Source of the DNA: Owenia fusiformis
Taxonomy: Eukaryota
NCBI GenBank assembly: GCA_903813345.2
Contig: CAIIXF020000001.1
Span: 30,876,001 to 30,940,000 of the forward strand
Direction of reading: 5' to 3'
DNA: 64,000 nt
Position 1 is the first letter of the stretch, and every line of letters starts with the position of its first letter. Below the pieces are notes generated by a model, which searched no databases, had not been told where the DNA came from, and saw only the letters and a program-made list of their open reading frames with translations. Position numbers and translations under genes: made by a program. This document shows positions 47,924 through 61,097 of this stretch, one piece after another.

Positions 47924-50871
47924 GGGTTGAAATATCTTCGGCCATCTTCGTTTACGTTCAAAAATCATTACCCCATAAGATTAACGCTGACACAAACGAG
48001 ATTGACTAAATTCAGTAAAAAGTGGTCGAAACTAATGAATTGACAAAAAATGTATTTCATCCGTGACTATTGATGAATATTCTATTCACATTTTCATTCA
48101 CTTTTGTAGGCCGCTTCTTTTTACGTTAAAAAAATCATTACCTCATCACATCTTGATTCTCACGTTTTAGTTTTTGTTTTTTTTCCGTTTAATGACATTT
48201 ACTTTTTACACCACAGTACAAAACAAGGAAATGTAACCATGGTACAAGCGTTATATTATCGTTTCTCAAATATATTTCAATGACAAAAGTATGCACATTT
48301 TTCAACGGGGTAGTGGTAGCTGGGAAGCGTAAAGGGTGCGGTTAACTGGTTCGAGGCACTAGTTGTAATCCCACATTGTTACAATATCTTCTACGTTGTA
48401 ATGATTCCGTTGATATTGAAAATAAACATTTGCTAACTTTCAAGATTTGACGAAATTTTTCGTTGCCAATAGTTGAGTGGTTTATCAAACAAAGGACAAA
48501 GTTGAAACAATTTATTGCTGTTTGTCAGACAACAAGTGCTGGTGACAATAAACACTCTAAGAAATACAGGGTGGTACACATTTGAGACTAATCTACGTCA
48601 ATATTATTTTCAATTTACATATTAACATGTACACAATCAGAAAAATGAATTTGATTCATACTCTCGTTATCGAAGTGTGATGAACGCCTCATTCGCATTA
48701 AGTTATGCACATACTCGCTTACAAGTTTGATTGCTAAGTTTACATTTTCAGCATTTTATAACCAGCATCTAATGAAATATTATCATTATGTATTGGTTCG
48801 AATCTTTTGGACTGTTGATTATGAATTTCTAGTCTGTTATAATGTCAGAATAGCGACATTCTGACATTTCGAATTGCGTACCTGGGAGCCAATTCTACTT
48901 GTATACAGGTTTAAACCAGAGACTCGTGGTACTGTTTGGGTCCTATGGGATAGTTCTAATAAAAAGAAAGTGCTATCATTCAGAAATTTTAGCATATGGA
49001 AATCGTTTATTGATCGGTGAAATACGAGGGACATTGTATCCTCGGAGTGTTTAACGATACAATTCAACAAATATATTTTTGGAATTCCAGGTCTCATTTC
49101 ATGTTTTGAAACCTTTTTCCTACATTGCAAAACATTTTGAATAATTTATTAAAATGATTAAAAGCAGTATTATTCAAGCAGCATTACAAAGGCAAATATG
49201 TGTTTCATATTAGTTTCAGCATTTGGCCAGCCATTCGTTCAAAAAACAAAAAGATGGTATCAAAAAAGGTATCAGAACGTGTCTTTCAAATACTACATAA
49301 TCACGGGTATGGAACGTCATTTGGTAAAGCGCCAGAACATGACATTCTACCAGGAAATTTCGCATTGTACTAATGACACCCTGCACGCAGAGTCTAGTTA
49401 TAAACTACAAAGACGAAGTTCTCTTTTGAGAAGAGAAGTCGAACGAATGCAAAAGGTAACTAATGAAGAATTTTCACAATTTATTTCAAAACATTCCTTG
49501 GTAAAGTGCTAGAACAGATAAATTGCCGCAGCGCTTTACCAAGGAATAACAAAGCAAAGACCCATGGATGAAACATTAAGTGTTTTAATCGGTATTTGTG
49601 CAAAATCCCTCAGAAGAATGATTGATTTTGATTTTGCAATATTTTACAGCTTTTAGTTTAAAAATAAGTTATGAGAAATTCTTGACATTTCTTGATAAAA
49701 TGTAATGCTCTCCAAACCTACCTTCGTGATAGTCACCCAAAAAGAAGGTGCAAAATAAAATGCAGTAAAAATGGTCGACCCTGTATATATGTAGCCAATA
49801 TCACCAAACAACATGTAGAATGAGATTAACCACTTGCTAGGACAAATATGATAATGTACTTAGAAAAATAGAAGTGGTTGATAGGAATTGATAGGGATAC
49901 GTTGCTAGTGTACACGACACGATAGAAGAGTGCATTATTTTGATATCTATAAAGCTACAGAACTACCAATTAAGATTTATTTGACCTGTGTTGGGTAATT
50001 AAAATGCAAACAAGGAAAATAATAATTAATGCTAGGAAAGAGGAGAAATCCCCAAGGTAACATATTCATCATTTTAAAACAAATAAGTTCTGTATTTATA
50101 AATGGTAGGATAGAAAGAAATGATATCTAGCTTTAAATGCACCAAAGTGGAAGGGATATATTCGTCGATAAACGTTGCTTCTGCTTTACTATATCATAAT
50201 TATAAGAAGGCAAATTACAGATCGATTTGGCTTAAGGTACCGTTTTGTTTATTGCTATTGTCTTCAATTACATATTGGCATTGATTCCTCTTAGCAACAT
50301 GAAACAAAAGAAACAATCACACTACAGAATCAGACAAAGATTAATGAAGAGCTGATGGACATTAGGTTGCAAATGAATATGAGGAGGGCGATTGTACTCA
50401 TTGTCAATGTTCTGTTGAAATGGGTGTTTGTGGGAGTTAGGGACGAAATGAAATGCAATAGAAGTGTTATCAAGTTTCATGAAAATGAAATTCCTGAACA
50501 CAAACTTCAATTAACATTTCTGAAGTGTCTAGCAGATAACATTGGTTATCCCAGGGAGCACTCTCAAAATAGGGATTGTCACATTTAATAATTGAACAAC
50601 TTAAGTGCTCTAGTCGAGAATACACATGATAACAGGAGATTCTTCTGAGAACTGGAGATACTCTATGCAGTGTATTTTAGTGCTGAAAGGATAAGATTAC
50701 CTCATATGAATTTTTAAGAAGTGAAAGGGATATTTTGCTTGAAAGGATATAAACATCTCCGAATCCAAAATGGGTTCACCAATGTTTGAACGAAGTGTAC
50801 TCATAGATGATATAGTTGATTATTGCAATTCTAAAATAACGAACCCTAATTGTTGTGTTCTTCACAGATGT

Positions 50872-53646
50872 ATGGCGCTTGGAATTACAACACGAACCTC
50901 CTATGATCCGACTCCGGGCCAACCTCCACCTCCTAGCCGCAGATCCACTAGAGGGGAAGGCTTTAACGACAATGGGTTTAACCTAACTAGTCATACGTAT
51001 GAAGAGTTCGACTTCCCACGGGTGTTCACCCAAACCCAGCCACGGAAAATACCGGACAATGCATTAGAGGCAGAGCGGAAGGGCCGAGGGAAGTCCCCGA
51101 GGGATCCATTGAATCTTGGCCCACTTCGGAAAGAGCAAAGGAGGGTAGCTGCTCTTATGCGACAGAGAGACATTGATCTACCTGTACATTGGGTGAGTTC
51201 TCTTGTACATATCTGCCCTGCTCCCAGATAAAACAGTGAACGAATAGATCACAGAGAGTACACCAAAAAGATTGACAAACATTTAATTTAACTTAATCCA
51301 GATTAATATTCCATTTCTTATCGTTATTCTGAAATGTGGTTTATTTAGAAGGGGACTTATCATTGGTAATATAATTTCTTTAAAGCTAATAATAAATATA
51401 TCAAAGGAGAACGTTTCACGTTTAGGGTGTTGACGATTGGTTTGTATTATCGTTTTTTGGGTCAAGATTCAAGAAGGATGTACTTAAGAACAAAATGATT
51501 TAAAACATGATGTGAAGCATCCTCACGTATAGAATGCAGATGGTCAATATTTCGCTGTTTGAACTGAAATGACAATCTCAGAGCGAATAAAATAAATCAG
51601 AGTAAATCAAAAATCGTCTAAAGTATACCCTGTTTCGGGTACTACACTGACATATTTTGCTCAACTGTTGACGTACCAGCTCGAGCTAAACTTCTATCCA
51701 TTCTTACAGCAAATTGGCATTCGTCATATCATTAATTCTTTATACAATACTTCTTATTGAATTCAACTTCCAATGCAGCTGCATCCAATATTTTGCAATC
51801 AATTTAATTTTTGTTTCAGAACTATCGAAATCGGATTTCAAAACGGACTGCCCCTGTTTATCTTTGTAAACAGTTTGATCCAGAGGGAAAGTTTCGGAAC
51901 CCTGCTCTTGATTTCCTCCAAGAGGGTCTGGACTATGTTAAAGCTCGAAGGGAATTGGACGCTATAGAAAAAATCGAGGCCGAGAAATTAAAGGAAGAAG
52001 AAAACAGTAGACTATTGAGATATTCTCTGGATTCTGATGTTAGACATATACGTGCCCCCAAAGACTATCAATCTGAAGTGCAATTGGTAACGCGATCGCT
52101 AGGAGGTGGACAGTCCAATTGGTTACCTAACATTCGAGACAATGACAAGGTTACTTCGGGAAAGCAAGATTCCAGTCAAAATAAATCCAAAAGTAAGTCT
52201 TCTATTCCCAAAGGCTACAAAAAGAACCCAAAAAGAAGAAAAACTCGGAGAAGTGACACCGAATTGTCACCACCACCTTTAGTTGATTCCCACGCTTACG
52301 ACAGTTATAGATCAACAAAGTTTGACCAAGGAGATGTTCCGAGTGAATCAGATGAACTTCCAATTGAGCCCATTGACCCGAGTGCGTACATCGATGAAGA
52401 AACAAACAGTGAAACATCGTATAAGACTCTAAGCACGTTCCCTCCATTGCTAGACACCAAACCAACAGGAGGTGGCATAAAAACTGGTGGTGGACAACAA
52501 ATCCGTTATCATTATGGTATTCCAGTTAAAGGGGTTACAAATGAGGAAATTACGGGTATGAGGGATGAAGATAGTTTCGTTTTGGGGAAGAAACAACAAA
52601 GAATACGTGATAGTAGAGAGACACAACGTTCTAATTCAAGTTTGATATCTCCAACAAACGTGAAGATTGCTCCCAAAATTGACATCAAACATTGTGATTG
52701 TGAAAAACCCCGGCCAAAAACCAGATCAGGATCAACAAAGTGTGGAGAGTGTCTGGGAAGTGGACAACATGAAATGTGGTGCTCTAGTAAGGACGTTCAC
52801 AGACAGAAAACAGTTTGTGGGGATTGTGGGCTTGCTTTGGCATCGACTTCCATGACAAGTGCCAGGTCATCAGGGTCCAGTTCACGACCATTAACGGTAA
52901 TCTCCACGGTGGAATCTCACGAACATGGATCTGAGGGGCAATTGAGAAAATCTTCAAGTCGTAAAAAGCTGAAGTCAAGAAGTAGGAAACTGACTAAAAG
53001 TGAACGGAAACCTGAAACACCAATCAAAATAGAAATGGCAATTCCTGCTTTGCCTGAAGTGACTATCAAAGAATCTACTCCGAGATTGAAATACGAGCCT
53101 AAGAAGAAACCAAGGACTAACTTAGCTATAATGTCATTTGGTGACATCGACGATGAACCGGAGCCTGTCGTCGTCCCGCAAATCACTAGCCGTGTACAGG
53201 AAAAAACCGAAGAGCAAATTGAGTTAGAAAACAAAATGTTTCAGATTCAATTATTGAATGAACAAGACGAAAAAGCAAAGAGATTGTGTCTTATGAAAGA
53301 TCTCAACCCCCACAGTAGCTATGGCGAGGCGTACAACCGTGCCTTAGCAGACGCTAGGGCAAAGCGTCTGCCATTAGAGCCTTGGATGTTGGGCCAGAGG
53401 ACAACAAATGCTTATGTTTATTCTTACTTCAGCCACTTACCTAACAAATGCCTCTGTGGAAAATGCAGTACATGCGATAAGCCAGCGACCATAGTGCCAA
53501 AACGCGCAAAGAAATCCAAGAAAGAAAGCGAAATGAAATCCATATTTGGAAATCTGAATGTCAATGACTATTATCCAGGGGGAAATAAAAATCCACTTAA
53601 ATTAAATAATTTCATGAATAAAAATGATAGAATGAAATTCAAATAA
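50872..53646 (+). CDS. Uncharacterised 715-aa low-complexity protein with Cys/His clusters
   Basis: Exon 50872-51192 (acceptor ttcacag ending 50867, donor GTGAGT) joins in phase 0 to 51820-53646 (acceptor tgtttcag). AATAAA at 53654. Ser/Lys/Arg-rich; no family recognised. Start codon is inferred. Confidence 0.75.
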
Positions 53647-53897
53647 TAACCTAAATAAAAAATGTTTAGCGAATAGATCATTTAAAGAACCATACTGGCA
53701 TACCATGCATACTGAGTATAAAAGTATTGCTCTTTATTGGGAACGACCTCTATATTTATATAGAATTGTTATTTTTAACATAAATTTTTAACATAAACTA
53801 AACCAATATGTATGTAATGCTGAAATGGGCACATTGTGCTTTTTGGTTGATACAAACAATAATATATCGTGATCCTTTACAAATTAATGTGCGTTTG

Positions 53898-55255
53898 TTA
53901 ATCGAATAGTTCCAGTTTGTCACGTTTCGCAGCTGATTTTCCTACAAAAGTCTGAACTGAACCAATTGGTACAGACTCCGTGGTTTTATGCACTTCATCA
54001 AGTGCCATGGCCTTCTCTATAACACCTTGGATACCTCTGATGCGAATAAGAACGCCACTATGTTCATTGATATGGCCACTGACCACTGCACTGTCTGAGT
54101 TTTCTAGAATTATTCCAAAGGGTATGAAAAAAGGGTCCTCGCTATTCCAGTGTCTTACTATAGGATATGCAAGGAGTAATGCATTGTCAATCCGCAAGGG
54201 GGCACTGACATAAACTATGCGAGGTTTTGGTTCAGTGCAAATGATAACTAAGTTGGCTGTAAAATATGTTTTCATTGATGTTTTTTTCAAGAAGGTACTA
54301 TACGCGATTGATATTTGATAGGAATCTTTGTAATGAACAAACGGAGTACCGCCTTGTATATAGTCCTTGTTGACTGAGGATTTGCGTGTGTCTCCCTCAA
54401 ATACAACAAAGCCACATGTACACTTTCTTCCTTGTAGTTTGCATCGAAATACACGTAAAGGATCAAAACTGTATACGAAATACAACTCTCCTTTGCTAAT
54501 TAAAGGTATCCAATGTTTATCTTTCGGTGAACGTTTTAATCGACGGAGCCCTTTAAATGTAGGTTTTATGACAGCGTGCTCTTCAAAGTCCCATAGAAAC
54601 AAACCATTCACATATGTTTTGGTATTTGTTTGGTACTTTAAAGTAAAACATAGATACAATTTTTCATTGAATACGAAAAGTCTTGGACTAATGGGGCCAT
54701 CTCCAATGTTATGCTTTGGACCAACCATTCCAACCAAAGAACCAACATCAAGCGGTCCCATAGTTCTGTTGAATCTCTGAACATACAGGTGGTTATCAGA
54801 AAACTTGTTCCCCGACCGTTTACTATCGCCCAGTGTAAAGATGGCATTATTTATCCAGAAGCGCATGACAGTGACCAGGTGGTTCTTGTGCCACGTTATG
54901 GTCGGTTGATTCACGTTGATTATTAGATCCCTGGCCCCTACAAGATAAAACTTACGGGCTCGTTCATCTACCATAGGAGAAAATGCATAGATTAATGACG
55001 TTGTGACATTTCTCAGGATGAACCGTCCGAAACCATCATTGGTGAATGTCATCCCTCCAAGTGGATAACTGAACTCGTATTTTGATGGCACATCCAATAA
55101 GTTGTTCTTATAAGAATAGTGGTCTGGTTGCTCTGGACAACGCTGTCTGTAATAAATAATCATCCCCGATCCATTCATACTCCCCATAATTCTTGTTATT
55201 ACAAATATAGTCCCAAAAGTCATTCCAATAATCCAGAGCGTTCTCTTCGACGTCA
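53898..55255 (-). CDS. Type II membrane protein, putative glycosyltransferase/glycoside phosphorylase (GT91/GH130-like beta-propeller)
   Basis: Uninterrupted ORF of about 450 codons starting at a splice acceptor (tttccag|TG at 55255); the true start is unresolved. N-terminal hydrophobic segment LWIIGMTFGTIFVI, then SPRLFVFNEKLY, DKHWIPL, LYFVYSFDPLRV and GGTPFV, resembling the DPR / KNW.PF / Y...P..V / GGTP series. Minus-strand AATAAA at 53733-53738. The gene is well supported; the function is tentative. Confidence 0.65.
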
Positions 55256-55789
55256 CTGGAAAATTATGAAAATGAGATATAATAAATTAATTACATAAAA
55301 ATACAGGTCATTTAAATTCTATAACTACAGAGATTGCGTTGTTTTGATCGAAGCAAAACATACTTTTTAGTTGTCCTTTGGAATTCAACTTGTGAATAAG
55401 TATAATGTTATCCTTTATCCTCTTTCCTCGAATCATTTCATCATTTCCATAACCATCACACATCCAGTCGAAGTATCGCAGCCATCATCAATACACAATT
55501 TTGTTCAACGTATATATATTCATTTCTATTTTGTCACACTTGTGTTTTTATTAGGATGAAATAAATCCCTATATCAACAATCGACCAATTAGGGGAATTT
55601 CACTTGACAAGTGATTAAATGTAAGTTTGAGAGACTTTTTTTAATATGGATTGCGTCTTCCTGAACCTCATCTTCAATCAAGCTATATACTGTCATATTC
55701 GATTTCTTGTCAATCGTGTTTAAGTACTAAACTATTATGCGTTGTTCCAACAAACACCAGGAACGGATATCAAGTGTGATTTTAACACA

Positions 55790-56395
55790 TTCAACAATCA
55801 CAAGTACACGATTTAGTTGCAATTCATCACATGTAGCTGGGCATCGGGACTTATGGGAGGGATGAAATATGAATTTTATTCCAAGGGAAAATATGATATC
55901 GGCCAAGGAAAATAGCATATTGACCGAGGGCGACACCCCGAGTGTTAACATATTTTCTGAGGCCAATATCATATTTTCTAAAGGTAAAAAATCATAGTCC
56001 ATCACGAACATCAATAACCTATTCATTCCAGAATATGTTTTCTGAAAGTTATTCATTTTCATGTTTGATGTTTCATCACCCATTGATGGTGATATAAAGT
56101 GATACAATTTGATTTATCATAAAATTTTCAACTTTTATTGACAAGTTTTGAAACAGAACGAAAAAAAGTAAAAATCAAGAGAATTTCCGAGAGAAGTTCT
56201 GATGCGGGATCTGAGAGAAGTTCTGATGCGGGATCTGATTCGGGATTTTGGCTGATACAGGATCTGATACGGGACTTTTTAAATATTAGTTCTATTCCCT
56301 GTTTATTTCCCAGGGAAAAAATATTTCAAAGGTAATGTCGACAATTCTATCAGAAACAATTCTTAAAAGCGCACGAGGGTACGAGTGCATTCATC
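55790..56395. repeat. Probable non-autonomous interspersed element with internal hairpin (possibly Crypton-like)
   Basis: Imperfect ~90-bp palindrome AAAATATGATATCGGCC...GGCCAATATCATATTTT at 55888-55977 and a 24-bp tandem GAGAGAAGTTCTGATGCGGGATCT near 56190-56236. Boundaries are approximate. Confidence 0.35.
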
Positions 56396-56604
56396 TCGAC
56401 GGGACAAGTTTAAAAAAGTACAATCGTGTTTATCTGATATTGGTCCTTAACAAGTCTTCTAACAGTGTTCTGTCATCTGATACTCTTGTCAAGGTTACAC
56501 CCATATGTAGGCTATCAGATAATGAGATATGTTACAATAGCCCACTGACAGAATTCATAGAAACTATTATTGGAATAATATTGCAATTGCTCAGTAAAAG
56601 CACA

Positions 56605-59600
56605 ATGGATATTATCAAACTGTGTGCTGTTTTGTCAATTGCCTCGCTTACACTTTCACAAACAGGTAAGAAGTATTTTTGCTCAAATAAGCACATCTTA
56701 AAAAATACAAAAATAATGAACTTATCAGTAGAGAAAGATTAACCTTTGGGAACTTGAGCGCCATTCTACTCTTGATCTTCTATTTTCTAAGTTTCATTGT
56801 TTCAAAATCAATTTTAGCTCCACCATGCAACCAAAATTTCACTGGGAACGACGTATTCGATTCCATCACCAGTCCTGGCTATCCACAGTTCTACCCAATA
56901 AGATCGACCTGCCTTTACTCCATCATATTTGAAAATCCAGGAGTGAAGTATGACATTAATATGTATATTGCAAACTTCCGGACATACGTCTATCGAAGCT
57001 CCAGAGATTCATTGATCATAAACAATCGGGAGTACTACGGTGACGGAGCAGTTTCAAGGACTGCGTTACAAATTGGACAAACCTATTTATGTAAGTTCAA
57101 AATAGTTTATTTGCGCTTCCTTGGATATATGTATAACCGTACAATATATCTCAATATATTATCAACTTACATATATTCTTGGTGTAAATAACTGTTCATT
57201 GGCGTATGGGCATCAGTTATGTATTTTGGGTTTGCTTCATCTTTTGTTTTGGTAACATCATGGTAGATGTCACTGCCCCCATTATCTAGCCATATTTCCT
57301 TAGTGGTGTCAGCAAAAATATGTCAATCGTCTGTTTTCAGTTCGTGGTGTGGATCAATTCCAACTGCTTTTTTATGCAACTTCCGGTTCTTCGCAACAGG
57401 GGTTTTCCATCGACTTCGTAACTTTGGAGTCGGCGGCAGGTTCACCGGACACAGTAGGTAGGATGTCACTTCGATGTTTAAAGGACACGTGTTTGATAGA
57501 AGCATTTTAATCTTTACATTAACAAGAAAGTGAAATATTATGTAAACCTAAAAAGTATAGATTACCACCCTACCTCGTTTGTACTATGTACCAAAGAGCA
57601 GTAAATTGTTCACACCTTCCCATTTCAGAGGGTTGTGAAGGCGTAACCTGTGAGAACGGTGGAACGTGTCACTCCCATGGACCCGGGGACTGGTTTTGCT
57701 ATTGTCGAACTGGGTACCTGGGAGATTTATGTCAATTCATTCCAAGTAAGTGATCCACTTGTTGCTTTTCGTAAATGCAAAGTTCATAACCATTGAAATT
57801 ACACCATTGATCGATTGATTCAGAAATGGGGAATACATGAAGTCATGATGATGATGATGACATAGGTCTTCAAGAAGCACTTGCTATGCTAATGTTTACA
57901 GATACACACGACTGCCCTAAAACATTTAATGAGGATGGAAATCAGATCACTGGTGAAATCCGGAGCACCTACTACCCATCAAATTACCCTAACAACCATT
58001 TCTGTGATTTTGTAATATTTAACACGACCGTTGGGGAAACGTTTTCTTTCTATGTGGAGGACTTCATAACAGAGTCTGGATATGATGTCCTTTGTGTTGG
58101 TGATCTTGTCAACTGCTACAGTGGAGATGGTCGAAGTAGTCGAAATGCACTCCGTGTTGGACAAACATATACGTGTACGTATTGCAAGCTATATACCCGG
58201 GGCTATATAAAGGATGTACATGTAATGGATGTTAGTGGGTATGAATCGTTTTTTAAACTTGCGACAGTATTCGAAAGTTTGAAATTCGTAACAAATTCCT
58301 AACTTTCGCCGCGTGTTCGCATTGATTGGTTTTTTTCTTTACCTTTTGCGCTTTCTATTTAGATCCGGTGACTGATACAACTTTCCGGTTGTCATTTAGG
58401 ACTGACAGGTCTAGGACATACCGAGGATTTAGACTATCATACGCACTTATAAACACGAACCAGTCTATTGATATTACAAGTAAGTCCATAATCGCTTTCA
58501 AGTTGATTCGTTACCCTAAATGAGTAAATTCTACATAGAGCAACAACACAATCACAATCAAACAAACAATTATAAGAAAACCAAACGCCATTGCATTGCA
58601 GAATAACTCATTAACTATGAAAGTAAAGTCTGGGATGATAAATCTAAAATCATCCCTAATTACTTGCATCATTCTGAAACAGATGATACCTTTATATTGC
58701 AGCCCCAGGACGCACAAACAAAGGTACAGAGTTCACATTTGCATTCTTGCCTCATCAGCAGAATTCTCTCTCGGGTGATACCCAATTCTATATCACTTGC
58801 GAGACTCCTACTGCTGTGACTGTCTTCTTTTCCTTAACTGGTCAGACAACGAACTACACCGTTGATCCATTCACGCCGCTCTTGATCGACGTCCCATCAA
58901 ACATCCGCACCACGGAAGGCTTAGAACAAAAGGGGATACGGGTGACCTCTGATGCTAATGTAACAGTTGCTGCATATTCATCAACTGTTGGGTCGGCTGA
59001 TGGGTTTTTAGTTCTTCCAGAGGTGCATCTAGGCACCCAGCATGTTGTGGCAGCCTACACCCCGTCCGCCGGCTCGTATTCATACATCATAATAGTGGGC
59101 CTTGATAACTTTACCACTGCTTGGATAGTTCCACGTAACGATTCTATAAACGAAGGAGACGGGGGTTACGATTATGACAATGCTTTGCGAATCGATCTTT
59201 ACGACACCCAGACATATACATATCGTTCCACGAGGGACCTTACAGGGGTGAAGGTAGTTTCAGATAGACCAGTGGCTGTCATTTCTGGATGCGATTACGC
59301 CCAAGTTCCCGAGGGGACGGAGGCGGGAGACCAACTTGTAGAGATGATCCCCTCTGTTATAAGTCTTGGTTATGATTTTATTGTGGCGCCAATATCTGAA
59401 AGAATCGGCGGTGAGATTGTTCGGGTTATATCTTGGACCGATGATACACTTGTCAGGCTACCCGAATCTGGATTTTCCAACACGATTGACGAAGGACAAT
59501 TTACGGAGATACTGGCAACATCAGGTAGTGCCTCTTTCATACAATGTAACAAGAAATGTCTGGTTGTTCAATACAACAAGGGATACCAAAGAGATGGAAT

Positions 59601-61097
59601 AGGATCTGACCCTTTCATGGCCATCATACCTCCAATACAGCAATATACTCAGAACAACATCTTCAAGATCCCGACCGGCTTCAGAAGTTATGTAAATGTC
59701 GTGATACAAACCGCTCACAAAGATGGACTTCAGTTGACTGGTACAAACGTCAGTTCAATCGCTAGCTTCATAGAGATACCCAACAGCGATTATTCTTACG
59801 TCCAAATACCCTTAAATGATGATCCTGAGTTTTTGCTTACCCATTCAGGAGGAGACCAATACGAATGGTACGCATTATTATATGGACACAGCAGTATTAG
59901 TAACACATACAGGGGATATGGCTATCCACTCGGAATGCAACTAGATCCTCTTGAACGTAAGTTACTATACTGATTACCATTCCATCTATAAAAGTTAATG
60001 AAAATAATTTGCCATGAATATTAAATAATAACATGAACTGTCAATACAATCTGCTTACAGCGCCTGCAACTGAAGAACCAAAGGAAACGGAGCCTCCAGT
60101 AACTGCACCTCCAGGCAACATCACAGAGAGGTCAGGTTCGATAGATATTACATTCTCTTAAAATTGAGGACAGCCTATATCACCGTGCCTATATCGAGAA
60201 CTTTTATTTTCAGAGGTGTAGCTCATATGTATTCCGTGGCGCCATTGCTACCATTGCGTCATTTGAATACCCTAGCTATTATAAGATGATAACAGAGAGG
60301 TGAAGGGGAAAAGTTCTTTCCTTTGAAGTATTTACTTCGCCGATTGAATAAAAGGATAATTGTAAAAGGGTCCCGGAAAAAACTATTGAGTGTGGGACCG
60401 TAGTCACTGGGGGTCGTGGATTCATGATATTATGCACAGTTCACGTAAGCTTTTTGATAAACTTGTAATTTAAACCTACCGTTTGTAATTTTGTCGTTCT
60501 CATACCGAAGTGTTTTTTAGATGTCGGTGTAACATGCGTATATTGGGTAACATGACAGCCGGAGAGGCTGAGTTCGCAACATTGGTGCATGATCTTCCTG
60601 ATATAAACTACTTCCACCCCCAAGTTAATTGTGATGCCTGCTTGTCTACCCTACAGAGATGTCCGATCGATTGCCGGGCCGCCGTACTCGAACAGTGGGG
60701 CGATTCTGGTCTTTCATCAGATATTATCGTTGACACTCCAAACGGTCCGCGTACCAAAGCATTTGGTCAGCTCATGTGTGAACGTCATTACGTGACCATC
60801 CCACCACCTGGTAGAAAAATAGGAGTATTCTATAGGGCGGGTAATTGTATGCCTACGCCTGATGACGCCGCTTTACTTATAGGAGCAATTACTGGATCCG
60901 GAGGTCCATACTTGTGTTGCTCTGAGGCTGAGGTACCGATTGTTGGCACGATCCCAGTATGGGATCCTGATTGTAACGGTGAACCTCTGTACCTGCAGCA
61001 AGAAAATATGTTAAGCAGTGTTGCAGACATTTATAAGCTCAAGGGAATACCACAAAATGAAATTGACAATTACATTAAAGAGATCAGACAAAATTAA
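56605..61097 (+). CDS. Secreted CUB-EGF-CUB-IgGFc-binding-domain protein with C-terminal Cys-rich domain, about 952 aa
   Basis: Exons 56605-56665 (signal peptide), 56818-57090 and 57341-57457 (CUB1, SITSPGYPQFY), 57629-57745 (EGF, CENGGTC...CYCRTGYLGDLC), 57902-58174 and 58363-58479 (CUB2, FRTDRSRTYRGF), 58703-59956 (FCGBP N-terminal-like: GTEFTFAFL, DLTG..V.SDRPVAVISG, DQLVEMIP, DPFM.IIPP, YGYPLG), 60061-60130 (Pro/Thr linker), 60521-61097. All phases agree. Confidence 0.85.

Noticed and set aside
48568..49783. TA-CAGGGT...ACCCTG-TA pair as a Tc1/mariner element
   Set aside because: The inverted match is only about 6 bp with weak extension and no transposase motif was recognised.
49830..50300. 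RFX X-box-like half sites (GTTGCTAG, TAGCAAC) upstream of the 715-aa gene
   Set aside because: Only half sites, expected by chance; not enough to claim a ciliary gene.
57267..57461. 64-aa ORF as an exon of the CUB gene
   Set aside because: Wrong frame; the CUB-completing exon is 57341-57457 (RGVDQFQLLFYATSGSSQQGFSIDF).
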